The notes under the pieces were generated by a model, which saw only the letters and a list, made by a program, of their open reading frames with translations, was not told where the DNA came from and made no database searches. DNA of 64,000 bases, taken from positions 672,001-736,000 of the forward strand of contig CAVPCT010000005.1 of the NCBI GenBank assembly GCA_963702475.1. Reading direction: 5' to 3'. Every line of letters starts with the position of its first letter. The stretch's first letter is position 1. Made by a program: the position numbers and the translations under genes. Positions 19,180 to 35,117 of the stretch are shown one piece after another. Origin of the DNA: an uncultured Thermoleophilia bacterium. Lineage in GTDB: Bacteria > Actinomycetota > Thermoleophilia > UBA2241.

Positions 19180-19629
19180 ATGCCGCTCGACGCGGAACAG
19201 CTGGCCAAGGCGCTGAACGAACGCGGGCTCCGCCTCACCCGGCAGCGCAAGGCGGTGCTCGATGCGGTCGTTGCGGCCTCGTCGAGTCTGAGCCCGCTCC
19301 AGGTGTTCGACGCTGCCCGCAAACGCTGCCCCGAGCTGGGACTCACCACCGTTTACCGGACGATGGACGTGCTCAGCGAACTCGGCGCCCTGCGCCGCGT
19401 GCATGGTCCGGACCACTGTGACGCCTTCGTGCCCGCCGGCACCGCTCATGGACACACGGTGGTCTGCAGCGTCTGCGGCAGGGCGACGGAGTTCACAGCC
19501 TGCGACATGCACGGCATCGCCGAAGCGGCCACCAGGGAGACGGGCTACCGCATCACCGACCATTTCCTGCAGCTCACCGGTCTCTGTGCCCAGTGCGCGT
19601 CGCGGCACGACATCAGGAGGGACCGATGA
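19180..19629 (+). CDS. zur: Fur-family zinc uptake regulator
   Basis: GLRLTRQR, LTTVYRT, HGHTVVCSVCG, GLCAQC; leads a metal ABC operon. Confidence 0.85.
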   Translation: MPLDAEQLAKALNERGLRLTRQRKAVLDAVVAASSSLSPLQVFDAARKRCPELGLTTVYRTMDVLSELGALRRVHGPDHCDAFVPAGTAHGHTVVCSVCGRATEFTACDMHGIAEAATRETGYRITDHFLQLTGLCAQCASRHDIRRDR

Positions 19630-20572
19630 GCTCGAGAGCCCGACGGCTTCTCGGCCCGGCGCTCCTCCTGCTCGCTCTGGCAGCGGCGGGCGCCCTGGCG
19701 GCCGCCGGCTGCGGCAACTCGGACGAGAGCGACCAGACGGGCTCGCTCCGTGTGCTCACCACGGCGACGTTCCTCGCCGACATCGCCCAGAACGTCGCCG
19801 GCGAGCGCTTCACCGTGGAGTCCCTGGTGCCGCGCGACGCCGACCTCCACGCGTTCGAGCCCACGCCGCGCGACGTCGCCTCGGTGAGCGATGCCGACCT
19901 CTTCATCCTCAACGGCGCGGGCCTCGAGGAGACGCTCGAGGACACCCTGCGCACCGCGGCCCCCGACACCGCCTTCGTGGTGGCGTCCGAGGGCCTCACC
20001 CCGCGCGAGCCGCAACCGGGCGAGCCGCTGCAGCGACGAACGAGGCCGATCCCCACTTCTGGCTCGACCCCACGCTCGTCGTCGCCTACGTGGAGAACAT
20101 CCGCGACGCGTTCGTCGCCGCCGACCCGGCCGGCGCCGCCGAGTACGAGGCGAACGCCGCGGCCTACATCGCGGAGCTGGATGACCTGGACGCCTGGATC
20201 CGCGAGCAGGTGGCGACTCTGCCCGAGCAGGACCGCCTGCTGGTCATGAACCACGTGAGCCACGGCTACTTCGCCGACCGATACGGCTTTCGCATCGCCG
20301 GCGCCGTCATCCCCAGCGTGGCCACCGGCGAGTCCCCCACCGCCAGGCAGCTCGCCGACCTGACGGAGACCATCCGCTCCGAGGGCGTGCGGGCCATCTT
20401 CGTGGAGCTGGAGGAGAACCCCCAGCTGGCCGACCAGATCGCCGCCGAGACGGGCATCGCCGTCGTCGACGACCTGCGCGACCACTCCCTCAGCGAGCCG
20501 GGCGGAGACGCGTCCACCTACATCGACATGATGAAGTTCGACACGATGCGCATCGTGGAAGCGCTCCAGTGA
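19626..20572 (+). CDS. znuA: Zn/Mn ABC transporter substrate-binding lipoprotein, frameshifted near 20030-20041
   Basis: Lipobox AAGC, DLHAFEPTP and NGAGLE in one frame; DPHFWLDP, HVSHGYFADRYG and Y..MMK in another. Confidence 0.8.
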
Positions 20573-21345
20573 GCGACCACCCCTGCGTGTCGCTCGACCA
20601 CGTCACCGTCGAGTACCACGGCCGGCCCGTCCTCCAGGACGTCTCGATGACCGTGCCGCACGGCGGGCAGGTGGCGGTGGTGGGACCCAACGGAGCGGGC
20701 AAGTCCACGCTCTTCAAGGCGCTCGTGGGGCTCGTGCCCGTGAGGGAAGGGACGATAGGACTGCGCGACCGCGACCCGCACGCGGCGGCCGAGCACGTGG
20801 CCTACGTGCCGCAACGCGAGGAGGTCGATTGGAGCTTTCCCGTCACCGTCGCCGACGTGGTGATGATGGGACGCTACGGACGACTCGGCTGGCTGCGCAG
20901 GCCGCGAGCCGCCGACCGCGAGGTCGTCGCCCGCGCCCTTGAGGAGCTCTCGATCGCCGACCTGGCGTCGCGTCCTGTCGGCGACCTCTCCGGCGGCCAG
21001 CAGCAGCGCGTCTTCCTGGCGCGCGCGCTCGCCCAGGAGCCGCACGTGCTGCTCCTGGACGAGCCCTTCACCGGAGTGGACGTCAACGCCAAAGAGGCCC
21101 TCCTCGAGCTCCTGGAGCGCCTCCGCCGTCTGGGCATCACCGTCCTGGTGAGCACCCACGACATGCAGACCGCCTCGCAACGCTTCGCCCACGTGGCCCT
21201 GCTGAACGGCCGGCTGATCGCCTACGGCGCGCCGGCCGACGTCTTCACGCCGCCCCACATCTCGGCGGCCTTCGGCGGCCACGCCCTGTTCCTGGACGAC
21301 ATGGTCGTGATCGACGACTGCTGCCGCGGCGAGGAGCCGCGATGA
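20569..21345 (+). CDS. znuC: Metal ABC transporter ATP-binding protein
   Basis: GPNGAGKST, YVPQ, LSGGQQQRV, LLDEP, STHD. Confidence 0.9.
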   Translation: MSDHPCVSLDHVTVEYHGRPVLQDVSMTVPHGGQVAVVGPNGAGKSTLFKALVGLVPVREGTIGLRDRDPHAAAEHVAYVPQREEVDWSFPVTVADVVMMGRYGRLGWLRRPRAADREVVARALEELSIADLASRPVGDLSGGQQQRVFLARALAQEPHVLLLDEPFTGVDVNAKEALLELLERLRRLGITVLVSTHDMQTASQRFAHVALLNGRLIAYGAPADVFTPPHISAAFGGHALFLDDMVVIDDCCRGEEPR

Positions 21346-22244
21346 GGGCGCGCGGCCCAGGCGCGGCCGGCAGCCTTGCGGAAGGCCCGGCCGTGATCGC
21401 CTGGCTCACCGAGCCCTTCACGCTCGAGTTCATGCAGCGCGCCCTGGCCGCGTCGCTCATCGTCGGCGTCGTGTGCTCCGTGCTGGGCTGCTTCGTCGTG
21501 CTGCGCGCCATGGCGTTCCTGGGCGACGCCCTGGCCCACGCCATCCTGCCCGGCGTGGCCATCGCCTACCTGCTGGGCGCGAACCTGCTGGCCGGAGCGC
21601 TCGTCGCCGCCGTGCTCGTGGCCGCGTTCATCGGCCTGTTCTCGCGCAAGGGCGCCGTGAAGGAGGACACGGCCATCGGCATCCTCTTCGCCGCGGCGCT
21701 CGCCCTCGGCGTGGTCCTGATCAGCACGGTGCGGTCGTACGCGACCGACCTCACTCACATCCTGTTCGGGAACGTGCTGGGCGTCAGCGCCGGCGACCTG
21801 TGGCTGACCGGCATCCTCGCCGTCGCCGTGATCGCGACCGTCCTGCTGCTGTACAAGGAGCTCCTGCTGGCCTCGTTCGATCCGGTGCTGGCGCACACGC
21901 TGGGGCGCCACCCGGAGCTGCTGCGCTTCGTCATGCTCTTCCTGCTCGCCCTCACCGTGGTCGTCAGCCTGCAGACGGTGGGCGTGGGCCTGGTGGCCGC
22001 CCTGCTGGTCACGCCGGCGGCCACCGCCTACCTGCTCACGCGGCGTCTCGCCGCGATGATGGGCCTGTCGGCCGTGCTGGGCGCGGTGTGCAGCGTCGCC
22101 GGGCTCTACCTGAGCTACTACCTGAACGTGGCCTCCGGCGCGGCCGTGGTGCTGGTGGCGACAGGGCTGTTCCTGGTCGCCTTCGTGGCCGCGCCGAGGC
22201 GTGGGCTGCTCGCGCGCCGCTTCGCACGGCGCGGCGCCGCCTGA
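21342..22244 (+). CDS. znuB: Metal ABC transporter permease (ABC-3 family)
   Basis: FMQRAL, GDALAHAILPG, ILFGNVL, VGVGLVAALLVTP; start may be GTG 21393. Confidence 0.9.
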   Translation: MRARGPGAAGSLAEGPAVIAWLTEPFTLEFMQRALAASLIVGVVCSVLGCFVVLRAMAFLGDALAHAILPGVAIAYLLGANLLAGALVAAVLVAAFIGLFSRKGAVKEDTAIGILFAAALALGVVLISTVRSYATDLTHILFGNVLGVSAGDLWLTGILAVAVIATVLLLYKELLLASFDPVLAHTLGRHPELLRFVMLFLLALTVVVSLQTVGVGLVAALLVTPAATAYLLTRRLAAMMGLSAVLGAVCSVAGLYLSYYLNVASGAAVVLVATGLFLVAFVAAPRRGLLARRFARRGAA

Positions 22245-22349
22245 CTCGCGCGGGCGCGTCCGGGCGCCGATAGACAAGGAGACCGGCGCCCCGTTTCGTC
22301 CGCAGGCACGGCGAGCATAGTGGGCAGTGGAACGACTGGAGGAGGACTG

Positions 22350-22814
22350 ATGGCGGCGACCCTGGTGCTCGGCTACGACGGATCCGACTGCTCGAAGGCC
22401 GCGCTGCAGCGCACCGCCGAGCTTGCGAGCCAGATCGCGGACGCGACCGTGCTGGTCGTGTACGCCTACGAGTTCTCCATCGGCTACGTGCCCACAGGCA
22501 TGGCCGAGTCGCCGCTGCTGATGTCCGCGGAGTTCGACGATCACACCGAACTGGTGCGCGGGTATGCCGACGAGCAGGTCAAGCAGGCCGCCGACGAGCT
22601 CGGCAGGGCCGGCGTGCGCGCCGAGACCAGGGTCGAGGAGGGCCGGCCGGTCGAGGTCCTGCTGCAGGTGGCCAAAGACGCGGGGGCCACGCTCATCGTG
22701 GTCGGCAGCCACGGCGAGGGCGCCATGTCGGCCGCCTTCATGGGCTCGACCCCGCTCAAGCTGCTGCACCACAGCGAGCTGCCCGTGCTGGTGGTGCCCC
22801 GGCACAAGAGCTGA
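22350..22814 (+). CDS. Universal stress protein
   Basis: LVLGYDGS, IVVGSHG..MGS..LLH..PVLVVP; ggagga RBS. Confidence 0.9.
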   Translation: MAATLVLGYDGSDCSKAALQRTAELASQIADATVLVVYAYEFSIGYVPTGMAESPLLMSAEFDDHTELVRGYADEQVKQAADELGRAGVRAETRVEEGRPVEVLLQVAKDAGATLIVVGSHGEGAMSAAFMGSTPLKLLHHSELPVLVVPRHKS

Positions 22815-23090
22815 AGCCGGCCGCTCTCGGTGCGCGAGCGCGCCACGGAGGGCCGGCACGGGGCCGAGCTCGAGCACTACTGGTTCGCGGAGCGCGCGTT
22901 CCAGACGGACCCCTGGCGGGCGCGCACCGCGTCTGTCTGACGGACGGCCGGCCGCCGCGCCGGGCGCTCGTCCGCCGCGCCGGGCGGCCGTACCACTCAG
23001 CGGCTGCGGCCGCTCTGCGCCCCAGCCGCGGCGGACGTAGGATGCGGGCGGTGGAGCATCAGCGGTCCACCGCCGACAGAGGAGGCCACC

Positions 23091-23459
23091 GTGGAGACCG
23101 TCATCAGCAAGCTCGACTTCGTCGCCGTGCCCTCGCGCGACGCCGCTCGCTCGCGCGCGTTCTACGTCGAGACGCTCGGGCTGCGACCCGATGAGCAGTC
23201 GCCGTACGAGTTCTGGGTCGGGCAGACGTGCTGCGCCATCTGGGAGCCCGAGAAGGCCGGGATGCCGTTCGCCCCGCAGACGTGTGCCCACCTCGCCCTG
23301 CACGTGGACGACGTGGCCACGGCGAGGGCAGCTCTCGAGGAGCACGGCGTGAGCTTCCACGGCGACACCTTCGACACCGGCGTCTGCCACATGGCTCTCT
23401 TCAGCGATCCGGACGGCAACAGCCTGATGCTGCACCACCGCTACAAGCCGCGGGCTTGA
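23091..23459 (+). CDS. VOC/glyoxalase family protein
   Basis: RAFYVETLGL, HLALHVDDV, FSDPDGN; ggagg RBS. Confidence 0.85.
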   Translation: METVISKLDFVAVPSRDAARSRAFYVETLGLRPDEQSPYEFWVGQTCCAIWEPEKAGMPFAPQTCAHLALHVDDVATARAALEEHGVSFHGDTFDTGVCHMALFSDPDGNSLMLHHRYKPRA

Positions 23460-23470
23460 GCGACGCGGCG

Positions 23471-23512
23471 GGCGCGGCGGGCGGCCGGACACGTCCGGCC
23501 GCCCGCCGCGCC
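23471..23512. terminator. Long GC hairpin between convergent genes
   Basis: ggcgcggcgggcggccggac / gtccggccgcccgccgcgcc perfect inverted repeat. Confidence 0.65.
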
Positions 23513-23513
23513 G

Positions 23514-24401
23514 TCACTTCTTCTGGACCGTGCGCTCCGGCACCGGCACCACGCCGGCCATGTCGCCGATGACGTTCACCAGTTGCGAGTCGGCCGGCAC
23601 GATGATCTTGGCGTTCTGCCAGAACGCCTTCTCCACGGCCTCCAGCTTGCGCAGCACCTGAGCGTTGCCCACGAAGTACTGCTCCGCCGCCTCATTGACG
23701 AGCTTGATCGCCTGGGCCTCTCCCTCGGCGGCCAGGATCTTGGCCTGCCTGATGCCCTCGGCCTTCTTGATCTCAGCGCGCCGGGCGCCGTCCGCTTGAG
23801 TCTCGGTGGCGGTGGCGTAGTCGATGGCGGCGATCTTCTCGTTCTCCGCTTTGACCACCTTGTTCATGGTCTCCTGCACGTCCTGGGGCGGGTCGATCTC
23901 CTTGAGCTCGGTGCGGAGGATCTCGATGCCCCAGCTGGCGGTCTCGGTCTTCAGGGTGGTGCGCAGCTCCTCATTGATGCGCCCGCGCTCGCTGTTGGCG
24001 GACTTCAACGTCAGCGTGCCGATGATGTTGCGCAGGGTGGTGCGCGCCAGGTTGACGATCTGGTTCTCGTAGTTGGTGACGTTGTACTGCGAGGCCTTGA
24101 CGTCCTCCTCGGTGGCCTTGACCTTGAGGTACACCTGCGCGTCGACCTTGGCGTTGAGGTTGTCGTTGGTGATGATGGTCTGCGGCTGCGCCTCGACGAG
24201 CACCTCGCGGATATCCACCTGGAACATCCTCTCGATGAACGGGATGATGACGTGGAAGCCGGGATCGCAGAAGCGGTTGTACTTGCCCAGTCGCTCCACG
24301 AGGCCGCGGTGCGTGGGGCGGATGATGCGGATGCCCATGGCGACCAGCACGAGCGCCACGACCACGATGACCAGGATGATGATGAGCAGCACGTACCCCA
24401 T
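23514..24401 (-). CDS. SPFH/band 7 (stomatin/QmcA-like) membrane protein
   Basis: N-terminal TM helix, VERLGKY, PGFHVIIPFI, ITNDN, TTLRNIIG, WGIEI, AEG repeats. Confidence 0.9.
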   Translation of the reverse strand: MGYVLLIIILVIVVVALVLVAMGIRIIRPTHRGLVERLGKYNRFCDPGFHVIIPFIERMFQVDIREVLVEAQPQTIITNDNLNAKVDAQVYLKVKATEEDVKASQYNVTNYENQIVNLARTTLRNIIGTLTLKSANSERGRINEELRTTLKTETASWGIEILRTELKEIDPPQDVQETMNKVVKAENEKIAAIDYATATETQADGARRAEIKKAEGIRQAKILAAEGEAQAIKLVNEAAEQYFVGNAQVLRKLEAVEKAFWQNAKIIVPADSQLVNVIGDMAGVVPVPERTVQKK

Positions 24402-24571
24402 GTGACCCCCTTGACGTGGCCGCCCGCGACCGCGCGCGGCGCGGCGACGCCGTTCGTTCGCCTGACTGCGTAGTACCCGGCCGGGAGGCTTTGTAGGCGG
24501 GCGAGGGTCGAGCCGGTCGGGCCGGCGCAGTGACCGCACGCGTCCGGAGCGACCGTCGCCGCGCGGCCGGG

Positions 24572-24745
24572 TCAGAGGCCGAGCAGGCCGGGCACGCCCG
24601 CGATCGAGTCGACGACGTGGTGCGGCGCGCCCGGGGCGGCGGCGAGCGCCGCCTCACGGAACTTGCCGGTGCGTACCAGCACGCCGGTCATGCCGCACGC
24701 CTGCGCAGCAACGACCACGGGGGTCCCTTCGATGAGGTCTGGCAC
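24572..24745 (-). pseudogene. Remnant of a HAD-IIA family hydrolase (mainly the C-terminus)
   Basis: AAQACGMTGVLVRTGKFR..PHHVVDSIA is the typical HAD-IIA C-terminus; catalytic DxD and GD motifs absent; ggaagg RBS before GTG. Confidence 0.55.
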
Positions 24746-24826
24746 GACGATCCTTCCGCCGCCTCGCTCGACAGCTGCACGGCGCGCGCCCGGCGCGGCC
24801 GCCTGGCTCGACGGCCGCTCCGAATG

Positions 24827-24915
24827 TGGTGCCGGAGGCGGGGATCGAACCCGCACGCCGCACGCGCGGCAAGGGATTTTAAGTCCCCGGCGTCTGCCAG
24901 TTCCGCCACTCCGGC
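24827..24915 (-). tRNA. tRNA-Leu(UAA)
   Basis: GCCGGAGTGGCGGAACTGGCAGACG..CTTAAAA..long variable arm..GGTTCGATCCC..CCA; TATACT -10 just upstream. Confidence 0.95.
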
Positions 24916-25020
24916 ACGGGGCGAGTATACGTCAGGGCTCCGGCCGGTTCGTCCGCGGACGCCCGACCGCGTGTCCGTCGCGTCGGGACGGCCGGCCGCC
25001 GACGCGAGTCCCAGGGATGG

Positions 25021-25956
25021 TCAGCCCGGCGCCAGCGTCCCGCCGGCGAGCGCCCGTGCCGCGCCCTCGAGGATGTCGGCCTCGCTCACGCGTACCGCTT
25101 CGAGGCCGAAGGCGAGGCAGGCCTCGCGAGCTATGAGCGCGCCGGCCAGGATCACGTCCTCGCGGCCCTTCTGGATGCCGGTCAGGCGGCCGCGCTCCTC
25201 GTTGGTGAGCGCGGCGAAGAGCACGATGGCCGCGTCGATGTCGGCCAGCGAGAGCACGTGGCCGTGCACGAGGTCCGAGCGGTACTCGCGCAGGCGGAGC
25301 TTGTGGGCCACGAGCGTCGTGTAGGTACCGGCGACGCCGACCATGAGCTTCGTCTCGCGCCGCGTCGCGAGCGGCACGCTCTCCTCGATTGCGCTGCGGA
25401 CGAAGCCGGCCAGCGCCTCAAGCTCCTCCGCCTCCGGCGGGTCGTGCCTCACGAAGCGCTCCGTGAGGCGCACCACGCCGACATCCAGACTGCGCACCAG
25501 GCCGGGCCCGGCGCCGGGAAGGCCGGCGGCGAACTCGGTGCTGCCGCCGCCGATGTCGACGAGGACGACCGGCCCGAGCGCCGGATCGAGGCCGGTCGTA
25601 CCGCCGCGGAACGAGAGCTCGGCCTCCTGCGCTCCGGCGAGCACCCGCGACTCAAGGCCGAAGTCGCGGCGCACGCCGTCGAGAAAGGCGCGGCCGTCCT
25701 CAGCGTCTCGCAGCACGCTGGTGGCGATGAGCAGACGCCGTTCCGGAGCGGACCGTGCGAGCCGTCGGGCGTAACCGGCGAGGCAGTCGCGCGTGCGCGC
25801 GACGGCCTCCGGCGCCAGCCTTCGTGTCCTGTCGACCCCCTGGCCCAGGCGCACGACCGTGGTGACGCGCTCGACGGTCGTCACCGCGGCGGCGCCCACC
25901 TCGGCCACGAAGAGGCGGCACGTGTTCGTGCCGAGGTCGACGATCGCGACCTTCAT
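25021..25956 (-). CDS. ppx: Ppx/GppA family phosphatase
   Basis: AIVDLGTNT, VRLGQGVD, ATSVLRDA, DIGGGSTE, GREDVILAG; conserved eno-ftsB-DUF501-ppx order. Confidence 0.92.
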   Translation of the reverse strand: MKVAIVDLGTNTCRLFVAEVGAAAVTTVERVTTVVRLGQGVDRTRRLAPEAVARTRDCLAGYARRLARSAPERRLLIATSVLRDAEDGRAFLDGVRRDFGLESRVLAGAQEAELSFRGGTTGLDPALGPVVLVDIGGGSTEFAAGLPGAGPGLVRSLDVGVVRLTERFVRHDPPEAEELEALAGFVRSAIEESVPLATRRETKLMVGVAGTYTTLVAHKLRLREYRSDLVHGHVLSLADIDAAIVLFAALTNEERGRLTGIQKGREDVILAGALIAREACLAFGLEAVRVSEADILEGAARALAGGTLAPG

Positions 25957-25981
25957 GCCGGGGCTCCTGGAGCGGGCGCCG

Positions 25982-26525
25982 TCACGCGCCACCCTTCTCG
26001 CGCCCGGTGCCCTCCACCAGCGCGGCGCAGCGCCGGTCGTCGCACCACGGGTCGGCCACCTCGGCGGCCACGGCGCGCCCGAACAGGTACGCCGGATGCG
26101 CCAAGGCGTGCGCGATGTGCGCGTGCAGGCACTTGACGGCCGCCGGGTCGCGCACGCCGGCGACGCCGGTCGCGAGAGACGCCCCGCCGTCGTTCATCGG
26201 CGCGCCGGAGCGCTCCTCCAACAGGCGCCGCCTGCGCCGGGACACCGCGGCGGCCTCGAGCAGCGAGCGCCGCAGTGCCGGGTCCGCTGCGGCCAGCTCC
26301 GTCCAGCGCCGCACGCCACCCGCGCTCTCGAGCCGCGACACGGCCGCCACGAACGTCGGGCACGTGAGGTAGTACAGCGTCGGGAAACGGCGCTCCGTCG
26401 AGGCCGTAGGGCAGGTCCTCGACCGCGGCGGGGAATGCGAACGGACAGCGCGCCACGACCCGGGCGACCGGGTGCGGGTCGCGTCCGAGCTGGGCGGCTA
26501 CGGCAAGCAGGTCGGCCGCGGTCAC
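25982..26525 (-). CDS. DUF501 protein, frameshifted near 26382-26387
   Basis: QLGR..VVARCP..DGAPFP continues in another frame as TLYYLTCP..VSRLES..VKCLHAH. Confidence 0.8.
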
Positions 26526-26563
26526 GCGGCCGCGCCACTGCTCCCGAGACGCAGCGGCCGGCG

Positions 26564-27049
26564 TCAGTTGAGCAGCGTGCGCCACAGGTCGTCGAGGCGG
26601 TCGAACACGGAGATGGACTCCCCCGAGACCGGCTCGGTCCGCCCCGCGACCGGCTCCTCGGCCGCCTCCGGCAGACCCTTGACGACGAACACCTGCGTGT
26701 CCGGGGGGCACCAGCATGGAGTCGGCCCGGGCCAGCTGGGCCACGTAGTCCTTCCTGGTGAGCAGCTCGACCTGGACCTTGTAGGCCTCGTTCTGGACCC
26801 TGGCCGCCGCCAGGGCCTCAGACTCGTGCTGGTAGCGGTCCTGCTGGGTGAAGAACGCCCGCAGCGGCGAGACGTAGAAGGACGCGCCGATGAGGAGAAG
26901 CAGGAGCACGGCGATGCGGCCCAGGTGCAGGCGCGGCGCTCCGTCGCCTCTGCGACGGGTGCTGCGTGCCGGGGGGGCGAGCCGCCTGGGACCGGCCGTT
27001 CGTCGCGCCTCGCCGTCTGTCTCTGCCGCGCCGTGGTCGCGTCCGCCAC
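26564..27049 (-). CDS. ftsB: FtsB/DivIC septum formation initiator, with two compensating homopolymer frameshifts
   Basis: ggaggag RBS; TM helix, coiled coil, YVAQLAR..MLVPP then QVFVVKGLP; breaks at the G runs 26971-26977 and 26703-26708; position after eno. Confidence 0.7.
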   Translation of the reverse strand: MADATTARQRQTARRDERPVPGGSPPRHAAPVAEATERRACTWAASPCSCFSSSARPSTSRRCGRSSPSRTATSTSLRPWRRPGSRTRPTRSRSSCSPGRTTWPSWPGPTPCWCPPDTQVFVVKGLPEAAEEPVAGRTEPVSGESISVFDRLDDLWRTLLN

Positions 27050-27221
27050 CCTGCTCCTCCGTCGTCGGCCGCCCGCTGTACGCGCAGCGGCCACTCAGCC
27101 CTAGGGATTCGCGCCGCGCACCCCCTGTCCCTGCCGGCGACCGGCGGCGGCAAACGCAACGGGCGGCGGCCGGATCTGGTCCGGTCGCCGCCCGTGAAAG
27201 GGTCCGCTCTGCGCTAGGTCG

Positions 27222-27980
27222 TCACAGCGCCTGCAGGCTCTGGTCGGCCGACTTGCCGATCTCCGACGCGGGGTCTATGGCGACCGCCTTGGTGTAGGCC
27301 TCCTTGGCCGCCGCCATGTCGGCCTTGGCGGCCACCTTGTCGCCCTCCGACTCGGCGATGCGCGCCTTGTGCGCGAGGTAGTTGCCCAGGTTGTAGTACG
27401 CGGCCTGGTACTCCGGGAACTCCTTGACGACTTCCTTGATCTGCTGGAGGGCGGAGTCGATGTTGCCGCTGTAGAAGAGCGAGGTGGCGAAGTCGGTCCC
27501 GACGCCCGGGTCGGTCTGCTTCTTCTGCCAGGCGGCGGCGTAGGTCATGGCGGCCGCCTGGAAGAACTCGCCGCCGCCCGTGAAGTCCTGGCTCTGGAAG
27601 GCGGCGTCGCCCTTGTCGTAGAGCTCGTTGGCCTTCTGCACGAGCTCGTCGTAGCTGCCGCTCGTGACGCCCACCGGCATGGCGCCCGTGCTGCTGCCAT
27701 CGGTAGTGGCGGTGGAGCCCTCCGAACCGGAGCTGCCGAACCCGCCGGACAGCATGACCACCACGACGATGACGACCACGGCGACCACGGCGAAGCCGCC
27801 CCAGATGACGGCGGGTGAGAGACCGCGCCCGGCCGGAGGCGCTGAGGCGTGGCCGGCCGCCTCTTCGTTTCCGCCGGTGGTCTTGCCGCGCAGGGCATCC
27901 TGCACGCCGGCGAGGTTGGCGCCGCACTCGGGGCAGAACTTGGCGTCGCCGGCGTCGTTGCCGCACTCGGGACAGTACAT
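27222..27980 (-). CDS. Membrane protein with an N-terminal zinc ribbon and C-terminal TPR-like helices
   Basis: MYCPECG..AKFCPECGA, TM helix, AYYNLGNYL..AYTKAVAIDP. Confidence 0.8.
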   Translation of the reverse strand: MYCPECGNDAGDAKFCPECGANLAGVQDALRGKTTGGNEEAAGHASAPPAGRGLSPAVIWGGFAVVAVVVIVVVVMLSGGFGSSGSEGSTATTDGSSTGAMPVGVTSGSYDELVQKANELYDKGDAAFQSQDFTGGGEFFQAAAMTYAAAWQKKQTDPGVGTDFATSLFYSGNIDSALQQIKEVVKEFPEYQAAYYNLGNYLAHKARIAESEGDKVAAKADMAAAKEAYTKAVAIDPASEIGKSADQSLQAL

Positions 27981-28046
27981 CTTGGCGCTTCCTCCGCGTC
28001 GCTGGACTCAAGGAGACGGGCCGGACCATAAGAGGCCTCCCGAAGC

Positions 28047-28080
28047 AAAAGACGCGGACGGCCTCGCGGCCGTTCGCGCC
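28047..28080 (-). terminator. Intrinsic terminator after eno
   Basis: GGCGCGAACGGCC-GCGA-GGCCGUCCGCGUC followed by UUUU. Confidence 0.75.
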
Positions 28081-28104
28081 CTCCGCAACACCCGTGGGGG
28101 TATT

Positions 28105-30548
<2,444 letters not shown>

Positions 30549-30572
30549 GGCCGGGCCGCGCCTTCCGTCAGA

Positions 30573-31603
30573 TCACGGGGCGGGGCTGGGGGAGCCGGAA
30601 GCGGCCGGGCTGGGCGACGCCGTGAGCAGGGCCGGGTCGAAGCCCTCAGCGTACGCGAGACCGAGCTCGGTCTCGGCGTTCTTGAGCCACTTGTCCCAGT
30701 TCTCGCTGGCCAGCTGGAACTTGAGCGTCTGGATGATGCCGTCCTTGGCCTCTTCGAACGTCTGGTCGCTGCCGGGCGTCTTGCCGGTGACCTCGATGAC
30801 GTGCCAGCCGTACTGTGTCTTCACCGGGACGGAGATCTCGTTGGTCTTGAGGGCGAAGGCAGCGTCGGAGAACGGCTCGACCATGCGCGACCGGTCGAAC
30901 GAGCCGAGGTCGCCGCCGCTGTCCTTGGAGCCCGGATCGGTGGAATACTTCGCGGCGATCTTCTTCCAGCCGGCGTCGGTGTTGTCGGCCTCGAGCAGGG
31001 CCTTGACCTCCTCCGCCTCGGCCTTGGTCTTCACGAGCACGTGGCGCGCCGTGACCTGCTCGGGCACCACGAACTGCGACTCGTTGTCGGGGTCCTCGAA
31101 GTACTTCTTGGCGTCGGCGTCGCTCACCGTGACCTTCTCGTCGACCTTGGCCTTCACGGCCTCCTGGAGCATCTGCGCCTGGAGCTGCTCCTTGAGCTGC
31201 TCCATGGTGACGCCCTGCTCCTTGAGGAGCTTGTCGAGCTTCTTCTGGCCGCCGACCTGCTCGGTGATCTGCTTGACACGAGCGTCCATGTCCTTGGCGC
31301 TCACCGTCACCTTCATCTTGGCGGCTTCCTGCGTGATGAGAGCGTTCTGCACAAGGTAGCTGACGATGCTGGCCTTGAGCTGGTCGTACTCGGCCGTGCC
31401 CTCCTTGGGGAACTCGGGCGCGCCCTCGGTCGCTGCGTACTGGGACTTGGCCTGCGCCCAGATCTCATCGAACTGCTCTTGGGTGACGGTCTGGTCTCCC
31501 ACCACAGCGATCGCGCCCGTCGGCACCGTGGTGCCGCCACACGCACCGGCGAAGCCCGCCAGAGCGACCAGGCCGAGCAGGGCCGCAGCCATGATGATTC
31601 TCT

Positions 31604-31607
<4 letters not shown>
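30573..31607 (-). CDS. prsA: PrsA-like parvulin peptidyl-prolyl isomerase lipoprotein
   Basis: Lipobox [33 protein letters not shown]. Confidence 0.88.
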
Positions 31608-34993
<3,386 letters not shown>

Positions 34994-35117
34994 GTGCTCT
35001 CCGTCGCCGTAAGGGGACGCCGAAAGCCCCGCACGCGGGAGACGCCGGCACGCCGGCGCCGGAGCCCCCCGGTGACGGGGCAGACCGGATTCTACCCGAA
35101 GCGCGACGGGTGGGCGG

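Noticed and set aside
24760-24915. Integrative element at tRNA-Leu or tRNA-Gln
   Set aside because: No integrase and no duplicated tRNA 3' end found in the window
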